The notes under the pieces were generated by a model that saw only the letters and a program-made list of their open reading frames with translations, was not told the origin of the DNA and searched no databases. Of a stretch of 64,000 bases of DNA, positions 37,061 to 46,224 are shown one piece after another. Position 1 is the stretch's first letter, and every line of letters begins with the position of its first letter. Origin of the DNA: Candidatus Fraserbacteria bacterium (GTDB taxonomy: Bacteria > Bipolaricaulota > Bipolaricaulia > RBG-16-55-9); the NCBI GenBank assembly GCA_037443265.1, contig JBBIOR010000003.1:1-64000 (forward strand), written 5' to 3'. The translations under genes and the position numbers were made by a program.

Positions 37061-37406
37061 AGGGCCGCGGAAGCGTCAAAGCTTCTGAGGAAAGTCCGGG
37101 CTCCACAGGGCAGGCCGCTCGGTGAGAAGCCGAGAGGGAGCGATCCCTGGGTAAGGCCACAGAGACCAGACCGCCGACGTGTACTTCAGCCGACAGGCCC
37201 GAAGCGCACAGGCAAGGGTGAAAGGGTGGGGTAAGAGCCCACCGCCGGTCCTCGCGAGAGGGCCGTGGCTGGCAGCCCCCCGGCCGGAGCAAGGCCAAAT
37301 AGGCAGGCGCTTGAGGGTGGCCCGCCCGAGCCTGTGGGTAGGCCGCTCAGATAGATGGCCCTCGCCCTTCATCAGGGAACAGAACCCGGCTTACGCCTCT
37401 CTCCCC
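37047..37406 (+). ncRNA. rnpB: RNase P RNA (type A, lacking P18)
   Basis: P1 GGGGAGAGAGG/CCTCTCTCCCC; GAGGAAAGTCCGGGCTCC; GGGTGAAAGGGTGGGGTAAGAGCCCACC; GAGCAAGGCCAAATAG; ACAGAACCCGGCTTAC. Confidence 0.96.
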
Positions 37407-37433
37407 GGCTTTGCTTTTCTGCCTGACAGCAAC

Positions 37434-37465
37434 GCTTGGGTGCTCTTTGGGTCTTCGGTCCTCCG
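37434..37465 (+). repeat. Dispersed 32-nt repeat, copy 2
   Basis: 31/32 identical to 13871-13902. Confidence 0.85.
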
Positions 37466-37572
37466 GAGCCCTGACTCCCATGCTGTGGCTCCTTGGCCCC
37501 TGCCTGCCGCGTCCCGACGAGCATCCTAGCACAAAGCGACGGAGGGGACAAATGCCCTCTCTTAAGTTCGGC

Positions 37573-37600
37573 TTGCATCCAGAGCGGGAAGTGCTATAAT
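37573..37600 (+). promoter_or_regulatory. ssrA promoter
   Basis: TTGCAT, 16 nt, TG-C-TATAAT. Confidence 0.7.
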
Positions 37601-37965
37601 AGCCTTGCGTTCTTTGACAATTGGGGGTGAATGGATTCGACGGGGATGCCGAAGGGCAGGCCGCAGGTGGAGTTGGCCGCTCACTCCTTAATCAGGCGGC
37701 AAAGCACGATAAGTGCCAACGAATTTGCTTACGCTGCTCCTTCGCTAAACTAACGAAGGAGCCGTTCGCTTGAGCTTCCGCCTGCAGGGCTCAGGACGAA
37801 CGTCGATGATGCGGGCTGGCTCTACTCTGCGCCCTCCGGAGTGGAGTGACACCTAGAGGGCTCGGACGCCCAGATCCTGTCTCGTGGGAGCTTAGCGTCT
37901 CAAAACAGAGCACGAGACTATGCCTGTAGAAGCCGATCGGAGGCATCTCCGGACGCGGGTTCGAT

Positions 37966-38541
37966 CAACTGCGTTATGGCAGTAAGGGTCGTCAAGGCGT
38001 TATCTCAAGCTGAGGCAGCCTATTTAGCTGGGCTTGTGGACGGCGAAGGTACTATCACCTTGACCCACATACATAAAGGAGCTAATAGGCAGCTGTCGGT
38101 TTCCATAGCCAACGCACAAGCTCTAGAGCTACTTCAGCAAATCGCGCCGTACCTCCGAACCTACAAGAGGTTACGCGCTGAGCTGGTGATAGAAAGATAC
38201 AAAGCCTTGACGCCTAGAAACGGCAAATACTCCCCCGAGCTTCTGGCTGAACGGGAGAGATTCATAGCAGCTGTCCTTGCCATAACTCCGAAGGTCGCCC
38301 TGGGCAGTAATGCTCAGGTGAACACGGGGCTCACATCGGCGAAACCTGCTTGCCCACAAGGCAATGGCAACGCCGAGGGGTCGGAAGAGGGCTAACCTCA
38401 GGCCGGCCCTGTAGAGACTTATAGGCCCGCCGAAGCTCAAGCTGGGTGGGTACTAGGAGCACGTCAACGTGCTAAGACGCCCCGCATCCCAGGAGGGATG
38501 AAGGCATAGTCCAGCCCAGTCCGAAAGGATTGGAACCGCTG
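37966..38541 (+). mobile_element. Group I intron (subgroup IA) in the tmRNA T-loop
   Basis: Preceded by U and ends in G. P1 CGAU/GUCG; P2 38299-38318; P3 CGGGGC/GCCCCG; P4 TCGGCG/CGCCGA; R GTAGAGACTTATA; P7.1/P7.2; P8 CATCCC/GGGATG; S AAGGCATAGTCC; P9 CCAGTCC-GAAA-GGATTGG. Confidence 0.93.
37976..38395 (+). CDS. Intron-encoded single-motif LAGLIDADG homing endonuclease, probably internally deleted
   Basis: AYLAGLVDGEGTI motif; ALELLQQIAPYL..YK..RA. Confidence 0.8.
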   Translation: MAVRVVKALSQAEAAYLAGLVDGEGTITLTHIHKGANRQLSVSIANAQALELLQQIAPYLRTYKRLRAELVIERYKALTPRNGKYSPELLAERERFIAAVLAITPKVALGSNAQVNTGLTSAKPACPQGNGNAEGSEEG

Positions 38542-38585
38542 TCCCGCCACCTCCACCAGATGTCGGACGTGAGAAGGATACTGCG

Positions 38586-39944
38586 ATGAAGACACTGAGT
38601 TGGGTTCCCATACTAGCTGTGGGATTTACTTTGGTCTTAAGCACTGCCCATCTCAGTCAGAGTCAAACCTCCCCAGGACCCATACATCTTCTCAGTGTCA
38701 AGGCCAGCATCAATCCCATCACCAAAGATTATTTGATCAGTCACATTCAGCGTGCCCAACAGGAGGGGGCCTCTCTGGTGATCATCCAGCTGGATACGCC
38801 CGGAGGACTCGTCTCCTCTACCAAAGACATCGTGGATGCCATTCTCAATGCGAGGGTGCCCATTGTAGTCTGGGTCGGTCCGGCGGGTGCCTGGGCGGCC
38901 TCCGCCGGGACGTTCATCACGATGTCGGCCCATGTGGCCGCGATGGCCCGCGGAGCCACCATCGGAGCGGCCCACCCTGTAAATATTGACGGCTCAGCCC
39001 CCAGCAAGGAGCGCCCCCCAGGGGAGCAGAGCAAAGACCAGCAAGAGCCCTCACAGGGGAGCGGAGATGCCGTCACGGAGAAGGTGACGAATTTTACGGC
39101 CGAGTGGGCGCGGGAGATCGCCAAAGTCCGTGGCCGCGATCCCGACTGGGCCGAACAAGCTGTCCGCTCCAGTGTGACCGCTGGCTGGGAAGAGGCTCTC
39201 AATAAGAAGATCATCGATCTGGTGGCGGACAGCAGGGAAGAACTCCTTGAAAAGCTCAACGGCTATGCGCTCCAGGATGGCCGGACGCTCACCACCGAGG
39301 GCTTGCCTGTCTTGAACATGCCCATGAGCTGGCGCGAGCAGCTCCTCAACTATCTGGCCGATCCCAATCTCGTGTATATTCTTCTGCTCATTGGGATCTA
39401 TGGCCTCATCTATGAGTTTTTGAGCCCCACGATCGGGCTCGGGTTCATCATCGGAGGCATCTCACTTCTTCTGGCGTTCTTGGGATTACAAGTCCTCCCC
39501 GTCAATCTTGTGGGGCTGGCCCTCATCTTCTTTGGCGTCCTGCTCATGATCCTAGATATCTTCACGCCGACTCACGGCATCCTGACGACCGGGGGAGTCG
39601 TTTCGCTCTTAGTGGGCTCCTTCACGCTCTTTGAGATTCCCGATCCCGCATGGCAGCTGTCGGTCTGGAACATTCTGGTGACGGTGGGGGCGGTGACGGG
39701 GCTCTTCCTCTTCTTCCTCAGCAAGGGGCTCTTGGCCCAGAGGCGCGTGCCGGTCACAGGCCTGGAGGGCATGATTGGGGCCCTAGGGATCGTCAAGGAT
39801 GATTTGAACCCCAAAGGCCGGGTGCTGGTCAAGGGCGAGTACTGGTGGGCTCTTCCTGTGGACGGTCAGCCCATTTCTTCCGGAGCAGAAGTCATCGTCG
39901 AGCGGGTGGAGAACGGACGACTGCTCGTGCGCCGGCGCTCGTAG
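38586..39944 (+). CDS. nfeD: NfeD-family membrane serine protease
   Basis: LDTPGGLV, AASAG, IGAAHPV, TM bundle, P.GRVLVKGEYW OB fold. Confidence 0.92.
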   Translation: MKTLSWVPILAVGFTLVLSTAHLSQSQTSPGPIHLLSVKASINPITKDYLISHIQRAQQEGASLVIIQLDTPGGLVSSTKDIVDAILNARVPIVVWVGPAGAWAASAGTFITMSAHVAAMARGATIGAAHPVNIDGSAPSKERPPGEQSKDQQEPSQGSGDAVTEKVTNFTAEWAREIAKVRGRDPDWAEQAVRSSVTAGWEEALNKKIIDLVADSREELLEKLNGYALQDGRTLTTEGLPVLNMPMSWREQLLNYLADPNLVYILLLIGIYGLIYEFLSPTIGLGFIIGGISLLLAFLGLQVLPVNLVGLALIFFGVLLMILDIFTPTHGILTTGGVVSLLVGSFTLFEIPDPAWQLSVWNILVTVGAVTGLFLFFLSKGLLAQRRVPVTGLEGMIGALGIVKDDLNPKGRVLVKGEYWWALPVDGQPISSGAEVIVERVENGRLLVRRRS

Positions 39945-39948
39945 GGCT

Positions 39949-41085
39949 CTACGCTTCAGCGACTCTTTCGGGTCGGATCTCTTCTGGGGCTACGAGCAGG
40001 GCGCGCTCGCTCTGCCGGTCAAAGAGCTGCACTTTCTCGGCGTTGACCACCAGGGGCAGCTCCTCTCCCACAGAGATCTCCAGGCCGGGGTTGAGTCTGG
40101 CCACAAGCTCAAAGCTGCCCAGATTGCCATAGACGATCAGCTCTGAGCCCAGGGGCTCAATGACCCTAACCGTCAGGGTGAGGCGAGGGGAGGGCTTGGC
40201 ATCAGGTGGCTGTGCCTGAAGGTGCTCAGGTCGGATGCCCACGATGACCGCGCGCCCGATGTGATCGGAGAGTTGAGCCGCCCGCTCGGAGGGGATCTCA
40301 ATCTGAAAGCCCTCGCCTTCGGCCCGTAGGCCGCGGTCGTCCTCGACGAGTCTGGCCTCTAAGAAATTCATCGCTGGGCTGCCGATGAAGCCGGCCACGA
40401 ACACATTGGCCGGATGATCATAGAGCCTCTGAGGGGTATCGACCTGCTGGAGCACGCCGTGATGGAGCACGGCCACCCGCTGGCCGAGCGTCATGGCCTC
40501 GACTTGATCATGGGTGACGTAGATGGTAGTGGTCTTGAGCTTCCGGTGGAGCTCTTGCAGTTCCGCGCGCATGTGCACGCGCAATTTGGCATCGAGATTG
40601 GAGAGCGGCTCGTCAAATAGAAAGACTTTGGGCTCGCGGACTATGGCTCGTCCGACGGCCACCCTCTGCCTCTGGCCTCCGGAGAGCTCCTTCGGCTTGT
40701 TCTGTAATTTATCCGCGATTCCCAGTAGCTCCGCGGCTCTTCTGACCCGCCGATCAATCTCCCGACGGGGCACGCCTCGAAGCCTGAGCCCGAAGGCGAT
40801 GTTGTCATAGACGTTCATGTGGGGATAGAGGGCATAATTCTGGAAGACCATCGCGATATCTCGATCCTTGGGGGCTACGTCGTTCACGAGCGTGCCGTCA
40901 ATCCAGATCTCGCCGGAGGTGACCTCTTCCAGGCCGGCGACCATGCGCAAGATGGTGGTCTTGCCGCAGCCGGAGGGCCCCACGAGCACAATAAGCTCTC
41001 CATCTTCGATCTCAAGACTGACGCGATCGACAGCCAAAAGATCCCCGAAGCGCTTGGTGACGTCCTTGAGCACAACCTTGGCCAT
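39949..41085 (-). CDS. Carbohydrate ABC transporter ATP-binding protein (MsmK/UgpC type)
   Basis: [40 protein letters not shown]. Confidence 0.95.
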   Translation of the reverse strand: MAKVVLKDVTKRFGDLLAVDRVSLEIEDGELIVLVGPSGCGKTTILRMVAGLEEVTSGEIWIDGTLVNDVAPKDRDIAMVFQNYALYPHMNVYDNIAFGLRLRGVPRREIDRRVRRAAELLGIADKLQNKPKELSGGQRQRVAVGRAIVREPKVFLFDEPLSNLDAKLRVHMRAELQELHRKLKTTTIYVTHDQVEAMTLGQRVAVLHHGVLQQVDTPQRLYDHPANVFVAGFIGSPAMNFLEARLVEDDRGLRAEGEGFQIEIPSERAAQLSDHIGRAVIVGIRPEHLQAQPPDAKPSPRLTLTVRVIEPLGSELIVYGNLGSFELVARLNPGLEISVGEELPLVVNAEKVQLFDRQSERALLVAPEEIRPERVAEA

Positions 41086-41110
41086 GGCTCCTCCAGAGCA
41101 ATATATGCGT

Positions 41111-42982
41111 TTAGCCCCATTCCGTCAAGAGGACCCTCGCCAGGACGAAGCCGCCTCCGGCGGCCCAGGCTTGAGGCCTACAAGCCCCTTCATAGGGGAT
41201 GGGGCCTCTCCCCGCCTGCCGAGGGAAGCCGGCGAAGAGCTCCGGAAGCTGCCCATGGAACGCGCTGGCCGCCTCCAATAAGCCCTCGGCGATCCTTCGG
41301 GCCTCCCTGCGGAAGCCCCACTTAAGGAGCCCCAGCAGGATCAAGGCGTTGTCATGCGGCCAGATGCTGCCGTTATGATAGCTCTTGGGATCGTAGGCCA
41401 GGCAAGAGGTGGACATCGTCCGGACCCCATAGCCGCTGAAGAGCTCCGGGGAGAGCAACCTCTGCACCACGGAGGCGATCTTCTCCTCGGCGATGATGCC
41501 CGTCAGCAGCCCGTGACCCGGGTTGGAGGTGATCGCATCCACGGGCTCCGGTCCCTGGGGCCCTCTGGCCAAGGCCAGAGCGAAATAGCCCTCTTCCTTA
41601 AGCCAGAAGGCTTGATTGAACCGGCGCTTAAGCCTGGTGGCTTCCCGCTCGAGCCGCTCGGCTTCCCTTTCGTCTCCCAGCCGCCTCTTCAGCCGGGCCC
41701 CCTCCACGAGTGCCGCATAGGCGTACCCCTGGACCTCTACTAGGGCTACGGGTCGGCCGCAGATCGGGCGACCGTCTTGGAAGCAGATGGCATCGCGGGA
41801 GTCCTTCCAACCCTGATTCTCCAGGCCCCCTTCGGCTCTTCTCTGATAGTAGATGAAGCCCTCCCCTTCGCGCAGCGTCCGCTCTATCCAGCCTAAGGCC
41901 AAAGCCAGCTTCTGCTCCATGAGCTTAAGGAAGGCCCAATCGCCGGACTCTTTTAAGTATTGCCCGAGGAGGAAGACGAACAGGGGGGTGGTATCGACGC
42001 TGCCGTAGTAGGGATCGAAGGGGACTCTTCCCAGGTTGGCCAGCTCGCCCACCCTAAGCTCATGGGGGATCTTGCCCGCTTCGGCGTCGCGGGTGGGATC
42101 GTCCTGGGTGGCTTGCAGCCGGCCCAAGATCGCCAGAGTTCCGCGGGCCAGTTCCGGCAGGAAGGGCAGGATCTCCAGGGCCGTGATGAGGCTATCGCGG
42201 CCAAAGAGGGCCACAAACCAGGGCCGGCCCGCGGAAGCGATCGGCCCCGGCTTGAAGTGCCACATCAGCGATTCCAAATCCCGCCGGGCCTGCTCGATCA
42301 GCTGGGCCAGCCGGGGCTCTCTTACGGGCGGCAGCCGCCAGGGGAGCGGCTCTGGGTCCTGCTCCTCTTGGAGGAGCTCGAGGGTTTTCACTGGGCGGCG
42401 CGGCTCAAACTCGACTGTGGCCTCGAGGAGCAACGGCAACCTCTCCCCCGGCTCAAGGGCCATCGGCAAGACGAGACAGCAGCCCCTTTCGTCGCCTTGG
42501 ATGCGCAGGCCGGGACTAAAGCGGAGCCGGACCTCGCGCCGGATGCCGTCTTGCCCCTCATAACGGAAGAGGAGACCCCCCTCGAGCCTCTCCTGGGTGA
42601 TCACCCGCCTTAGAGGCTCTATCCCCCGCACTTCGAAGACGTCCTCGAAGGAAGCCCCAAGTTCCACCTCCAACTCGTCCGAAAGCGGTCGCCCAGCGCG
42701 ATTCTCCACGAGCAGAGAGACCCTCAGCTCACGCGCTCCAAGGGCCAGCTCCTTGCGTAAAAAGAGCCCACCGTCGGGGGATGCCACCCCCTCGTAGACG
42801 AGCTTGCCCTCTTCCGGCCGTCTGCTCACTATGACTATCGGGTGATGGCGCAGGCGCACCCGCAGGATGAACAGAACGCGGGTGTCCCAGAAGTAGAGTC
42901 CGCTGCCAGAAGAGCTCGTCCCGTCCAGATCACCCTGGGGGGTGAAGACGGCAAAGAGGCTGCCACGCTGGAGGCTATCCAT
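41111..42982 (-). CDS. Amylo-alpha-1,6-glucosidase (glycogen-debranching-like) hydrolase
   Basis: [54 protein letters not shown]. Confidence 0.9.
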   Translation of the reverse strand: MDSLQRGSLFAVFTPQGDLDGTSSSGSGLYFWDTRVLFILRVRLRHHPIVIVSRRPEEGKLVYEGVASPDGGLFLRKELALGARELRVSLLVENRAGRPLSDELEVELGASFEDVFEVRGIEPLRRVITQERLEGGLLFRYEGQDGIRREVRLRFSPGLRIQGDERGCCLVLPMALEPGERLPLLLEATVEFEPRRPVKTLELLQEEQDPEPLPWRLPPVREPRLAQLIEQARRDLESLMWHFKPGPIASAGRPWFVALFGRDSLITALEILPFLPELARGTLAILGRLQATQDDPTRDAEAGKIPHELRVGELANLGRVPFDPYYGSVDTTPLFVFLLGQYLKESGDWAFLKLMEQKLALALGWIERTLREGEGFIYYQRRAEGGLENQGWKDSRDAICFQDGRPICGRPVALVEVQGYAYAALVEGARLKRRLGDEREAERLEREATRLKRRFNQAFWLKEEGYFALALARGPQGPEPVDAITSNPGHGLLTGIIAEEKIASVVQRLLSPELFSGYGVRTMSTSCLAYDPKSYHNGSIWPHDNALILLGLLKWGFRREARRIAEGLLEAASAFHGQLPELFAGFPRQAGRGPIPYEGACRPQAWAAGGGFVLARVLLTEWG

Positions 42983-43997
42983 CGGGGCTTCGGGTGCTTT
43001 GGCGTACGATCAGCTGGGTGGGCAGGACGCTGCGGATGGGCTCGGAGTCGGGAGACTCCACCTGCCCGATGAGGGCCCGGGCCGCCTCCTGCCCGATCTG
43101 GAAGATGGGCTGGCGGACTGTGGTCAGGGGCGGGTCGAAGTACTGTGCCCATGGGACATCGTCGAAGCCTATTATTGAGGCTTCTCGTCCGACCTCGAGC
43201 CCCAGCTGCTTGAGCGCACAGCTGGCCCCAAAGGCCTGCAGGTCGCTGGCGGCCAGCAGGCCGAAGTCGCTCCCTGCCCGCTTGAGGATCTCTTGGGCTG
43301 AGGCAAAGCCCGCTTCGACCGTGAACGGGCCGTAGACGATCCCGGCCGGGGAAAGGCCCGCCTCCTTAAGGGCCCGCCGGAAGCCCTGCTCGCGGCTCTG
43401 CGAGACCCAGTGCTCCTGGGGCCCATTCACCAGGAAGATCTCCTCATGGCCCAGCTCAATAAGATACTTCGTGGCTTGATAGGCTCCGCTCTCGTTGTCC
43501 GAATCGACGAAGCTGACCGAGGGTGCCTTGGGGTCTTGGCCCACCAGAGCGAAGGGGATCCCGGCCTCCTTAAGCCAGAGGACCCGCTCGTCGCCTACCC
43601 GCACATCCAGCACGAGTAGCCCATCGACGGCCCCGTAGAGCAGCCCGTGGTACACCTCGGAGGAGGAGCGCTCCTCACTAGTAGTGGAGAGGATCAGGCG
43701 ATAGCTGCGCCTATTGGCATATTCTCCCATGCCGCGGATCAGCTCCGCAAAGTACGGCGAAGAGAAGAGATAATCGGCCGTATGGGGGATGATCACGCCC
43801 AGGTTGTTCGTCTTCTTGAGGCTCAGCGAGCGGGCCAGCGCGTGCGGAGTGAAGCCATAGCGCTCGATGATCTGTTGGATTCGGCGGCGGGTCTGCTCGT
43901 TCACGTCCCTTTTGCCGTTGAGCACCCGCGAGACGGTGGCCGTGGATACCCCGGCTAACTCCGCGATCTCCACAATCGTCAGCCTCTGCATGTGCAT
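42975..43997 (-). CDS. LacI-family transcriptional regulator
   Basis: TIVEIAELAGVSTATVSRVLN, GFDD, PLTTVRQP. Confidence 0.95.
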   Translation of the reverse strand: MHMQRLTIVEIAELAGVSTATVSRVLNGKRDVNEQTRRRIQQIIERYGFTPHALARSLSLKKTNNLGVIIPHTADYLFSSPYFAELIRGMGEYANRRSYRLILSTTSEERSSSEVYHGLLYGAVDGLLVLDVRVGDERVLWLKEAGIPFALVGQDPKAPSVSFVDSDNESGAYQATKYLIELGHEEIFLVNGPQEHWVSQSREQGFRRALKEAGLSPAGIVYGPFTVEAGFASAQEILKRAGSDFGLLAASDLQAFGASCALKQLGLEVGREASIIGFDDVPWAQYFDPPLTTVRQPIFQIGQEAARALIGQVESPDSEPIRSVLPTQLIVRQSTRSPDG

Positions 43998-44056
43998 GAG
44001 CCCCCTGTGGAAGCGATTACGATTGGGGCGTATTATAGAGCCCTTGATTCCCTCCT

Positions 44057-46207
44057 TCAACCCGCCAGCGGAAGCTCTCGGCTCTCAGAGGGCTCCAGCA
44101 CGATCTCCCCCTCCGAAAGCTCCACGATGAGGGGTCCGGGCCCTTCCAGATGGGAGAGGCCTAGCAAAAGAGTCAACCCGCTCCTCCTCAGGCTCAAAGA
44201 GAGCTGGTGAGTTCCGATTCTAAGTCCTTCAAGGCCCATATGGGTCCACGACGGCGGTAGCTGGGGGGCCAGCCGCAGGCGATCGGGATGCGCGCTCGGC
44301 CGAAGGCCCCACAGCCCCTCGATGAGCCCACGCACGAATATCGCGCCAGACCAGAGCTGCATCAGGTCTCCGCCGTCGGGGATGAGTTCTGAATAAGCCC
44401 CGAGCAGCCCCTGCCGGAGCGTCGCACTTATGTTGCGCAAGAGGCGCAGGCCCATCTCCACTCTTCCGTAGTTGAACTCCGCGAGGGCCAAAATTCCGGT
44501 GGGCAGAGTCCAGACCCGCTCATCCCCTCCTCGGGTGTGCACTAAGCCCCACGGGCTGAGCCACTCTTGCTCGATGCGAGCGAGCGCCCGCCGGCCCTTC
44601 TCCGGGTCCGCGATGCCTACCTCCATGGGCACGGCCACCGTCCAATGGCCCGAAAGCCGCGGCGTATTATCTATTAAAAGCGAGTCGGCAAAGAGCCCTT
44701 CCTCTTCGAGCCACCAGTCGCGGCCCAGGCCCGCTCGCAGCCGCTGGGCCAGCTCTTGAGCCCGGGCGATCTCTTGGGGCGGGCGAGCTAAGGCCTCGGC
44801 CATCTCAGCTAGATCCAAGAGGGCTCGATAGAGATAGCAGGTGACGTCCAACTTCTCCGGGCCCATGCCCGCTCGCTCGACCATCCCCTCCCCCTCGGGA
44901 TAGAGATCCCCATCGGCGTCCCAAAGCCCCAGCAAGAACTCGAAGATCCCCTGCTGCAAGAGGGGATAGATCTCTTCGAGAAAGGTGCGATCTTTGCTCC
45001 AGCGGAAGTACTCGAAGCAGGCCATCACAAACTGGGCCGTCTCGTTGGCGTTGCCTGGATGGACGATCCAGCCGCCGGTGGAGATCTCATGAGGCACGCG
45101 TCCGCGCTGCTGCCGGACGAAGCGGGCCAGAAGGAGCAGGGCGTCGCGGGCCTCCGGCCACAGCCCCACGGCCATAAGACCCGGCACGGAATAACAGAGA
45201 TCGTTCCCGAAGAGCTGGACGTACTCGGGAACTCCGGCAAATAAATATCTTCCCAGGGTGGGGGGATGGGCGACGAGCGCTTTCAGATTGGCCTTGGCGC
45301 ACCAGAAGGCCTCTGGCCAGAGGCCTTCGGAAGAGTGGAATTGTACTCCGCCGAAGACGTATTCCTCGAAGGTCTTGCGCCTTGCGGCGAGGCGCTCTTC
45401 GGCCACAGGCAGAAGGGCGGAGAAGCCTTCTGCGGCGGACTCCGAGGCGCCCTCATGGGCGGCCAGGATGAGGAAGCGCAGGGTCTTTGTCCCATGCGAC
45501 TCCAGTGTGAGGTCATATTCGAGCGTGCCCAGAGCTTCCTCGATGTGGGCGCGCTGCGGCAGAAGCTCGGCTCCGGCAGCTAGGCCGAAGCGCTCGCGCG
45601 TGCTGCCCAGCGGGTGGGCCAACAAGAGCCCCTCTCGTAAGAGCAGCTCGTCTTTGCCGTCGGGCAGCTGCGAGCGCCACGCCGGCCTAAGATCTACAGC
45701 CAGCCGCCAGCGCAGCGTAAGCCTCCTGGGCCGCGGGCTCAGGTTCTCTAGCATGATCTTCAAAAAGAGTGCGGGCTCTTCTTCGAAGACGGCCTCCTCT
45801 TTGGTGATGCGAAGAGCGCGCCGCTCGAACTGCCACCTGGCCCGCAGGAAGTCGTGCTCAAACGAGAGCGCGTCGAGAAGCGCCCAGACTTCCTGATCCT
45901 CCTCGACCTCAAAGGAGAAGCCGTCCAGGAACTTGAGGGGATGGGCCCAGACGCCTCCCATCTCCCCCGGGATGTGCCAGCCGATAGGCGAAGAATCTCC
46001 GCCCATCTCGGCGACTTCATAAAGCTTGGGCCCCCCTAGGAAGAAGAGGGTCTTCGGATCGCTCATCCTTTCCCAGTGGAGCCGTCCGAGCGACAGCCTC
46101 TGCGTCAGGTGCCTTTGTTCTGGCTGCGAGAGGGAGCCTCCTTTGCGAGACATCCAGGCGGCCGCGGCCGTCAGGCCCAGCCCATATAGAAAATTTCGAC
46201 GAGTCAT
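44057..46207 (-). CDS. Tat-exported glycogen-debranching-like (alpha/alpha)6 glycoside hydrolase
   Basis: MTRRNFLYGLG twin-Arg signal; GEMGGVW, AGVPEY..FGND, GRVPHE, GMVE..GMG.EKLD. Confidence 0.75.
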   Translation of the reverse strand: MTRRNFLYGLGLTAAAAWMSRKGGSLSQPEQRHLTQRLSLGRLHWERMSDPKTLFFLGGPKLYEVAEMGGDSSPIGWHIPGEMGGVWAHPLKFLDGFSFEVEEDQEVWALLDALSFEHDFLRARWQFERRALRITKEEAVFEEEPALFLKIMLENLSPRPRRLTLRWRLAVDLRPAWRSQLPDGKDELLLREGLLLAHPLGSTRERFGLAAGAELLPQRAHIEEALGTLEYDLTLESHGTKTLRFLILAAHEGASESAAEGFSALLPVAEERLAARRKTFEEYVFGGVQFHSSEGLWPEAFWCAKANLKALVAHPPTLGRYLFAGVPEYVQLFGNDLCYSVPGLMAVGLWPEARDALLLLARFVRQQRGRVPHEISTGGWIVHPGNANETAQFVMACFEYFRWSKDRTFLEEIYPLLQQGIFEFLLGLWDADGDLYPEGEGMVERAGMGPEKLDVTCYLYRALLDLAEMAEALARPPQEIARAQELAQRLRAGLGRDWWLEEEGLFADSLLIDNTPRLSGHWTVAVPMEVGIADPEKGRRALARIEQEWLSPWGLVHTRGGDERVWTLPTGILALAEFNYGRVEMGLRLLRNISATLRQGLLGAYSELIPDGGDLMQLWSGAIFVRGLIEGLWGLRPSAHPDRLRLAPQLPPSWTHMGLEGLRIGTHQLSLSLRRSGLTLLLGLSHLEGPGPLIVELSEGEIVLEPSESRELPLAG

Positions 46208-46224
46208 CGCGCACAGCCTCCTCT

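Larger units (their letters stand above)
37623..38558 (+). ncRNA. ssrA: tmRNA split by an intron (exons 37623-37965 and 38542-38558; 360 nt spliced; tag ORF 37715-37753)
   Basis: 5' GGGGGTGAATGGATTCGAC; acceptor GGGGGTG/CACCTCC-ACCA with G3-U; T arm GCGGGTTCGAT|TCCCGC restored only after removing 37966-38541. Confidence 0.95.

Noticed and set aside
37076..37599. Short ORFs over rnpB and the ssrA promoter
   Set aside because: Explained by the RNA genes; no protein motifs
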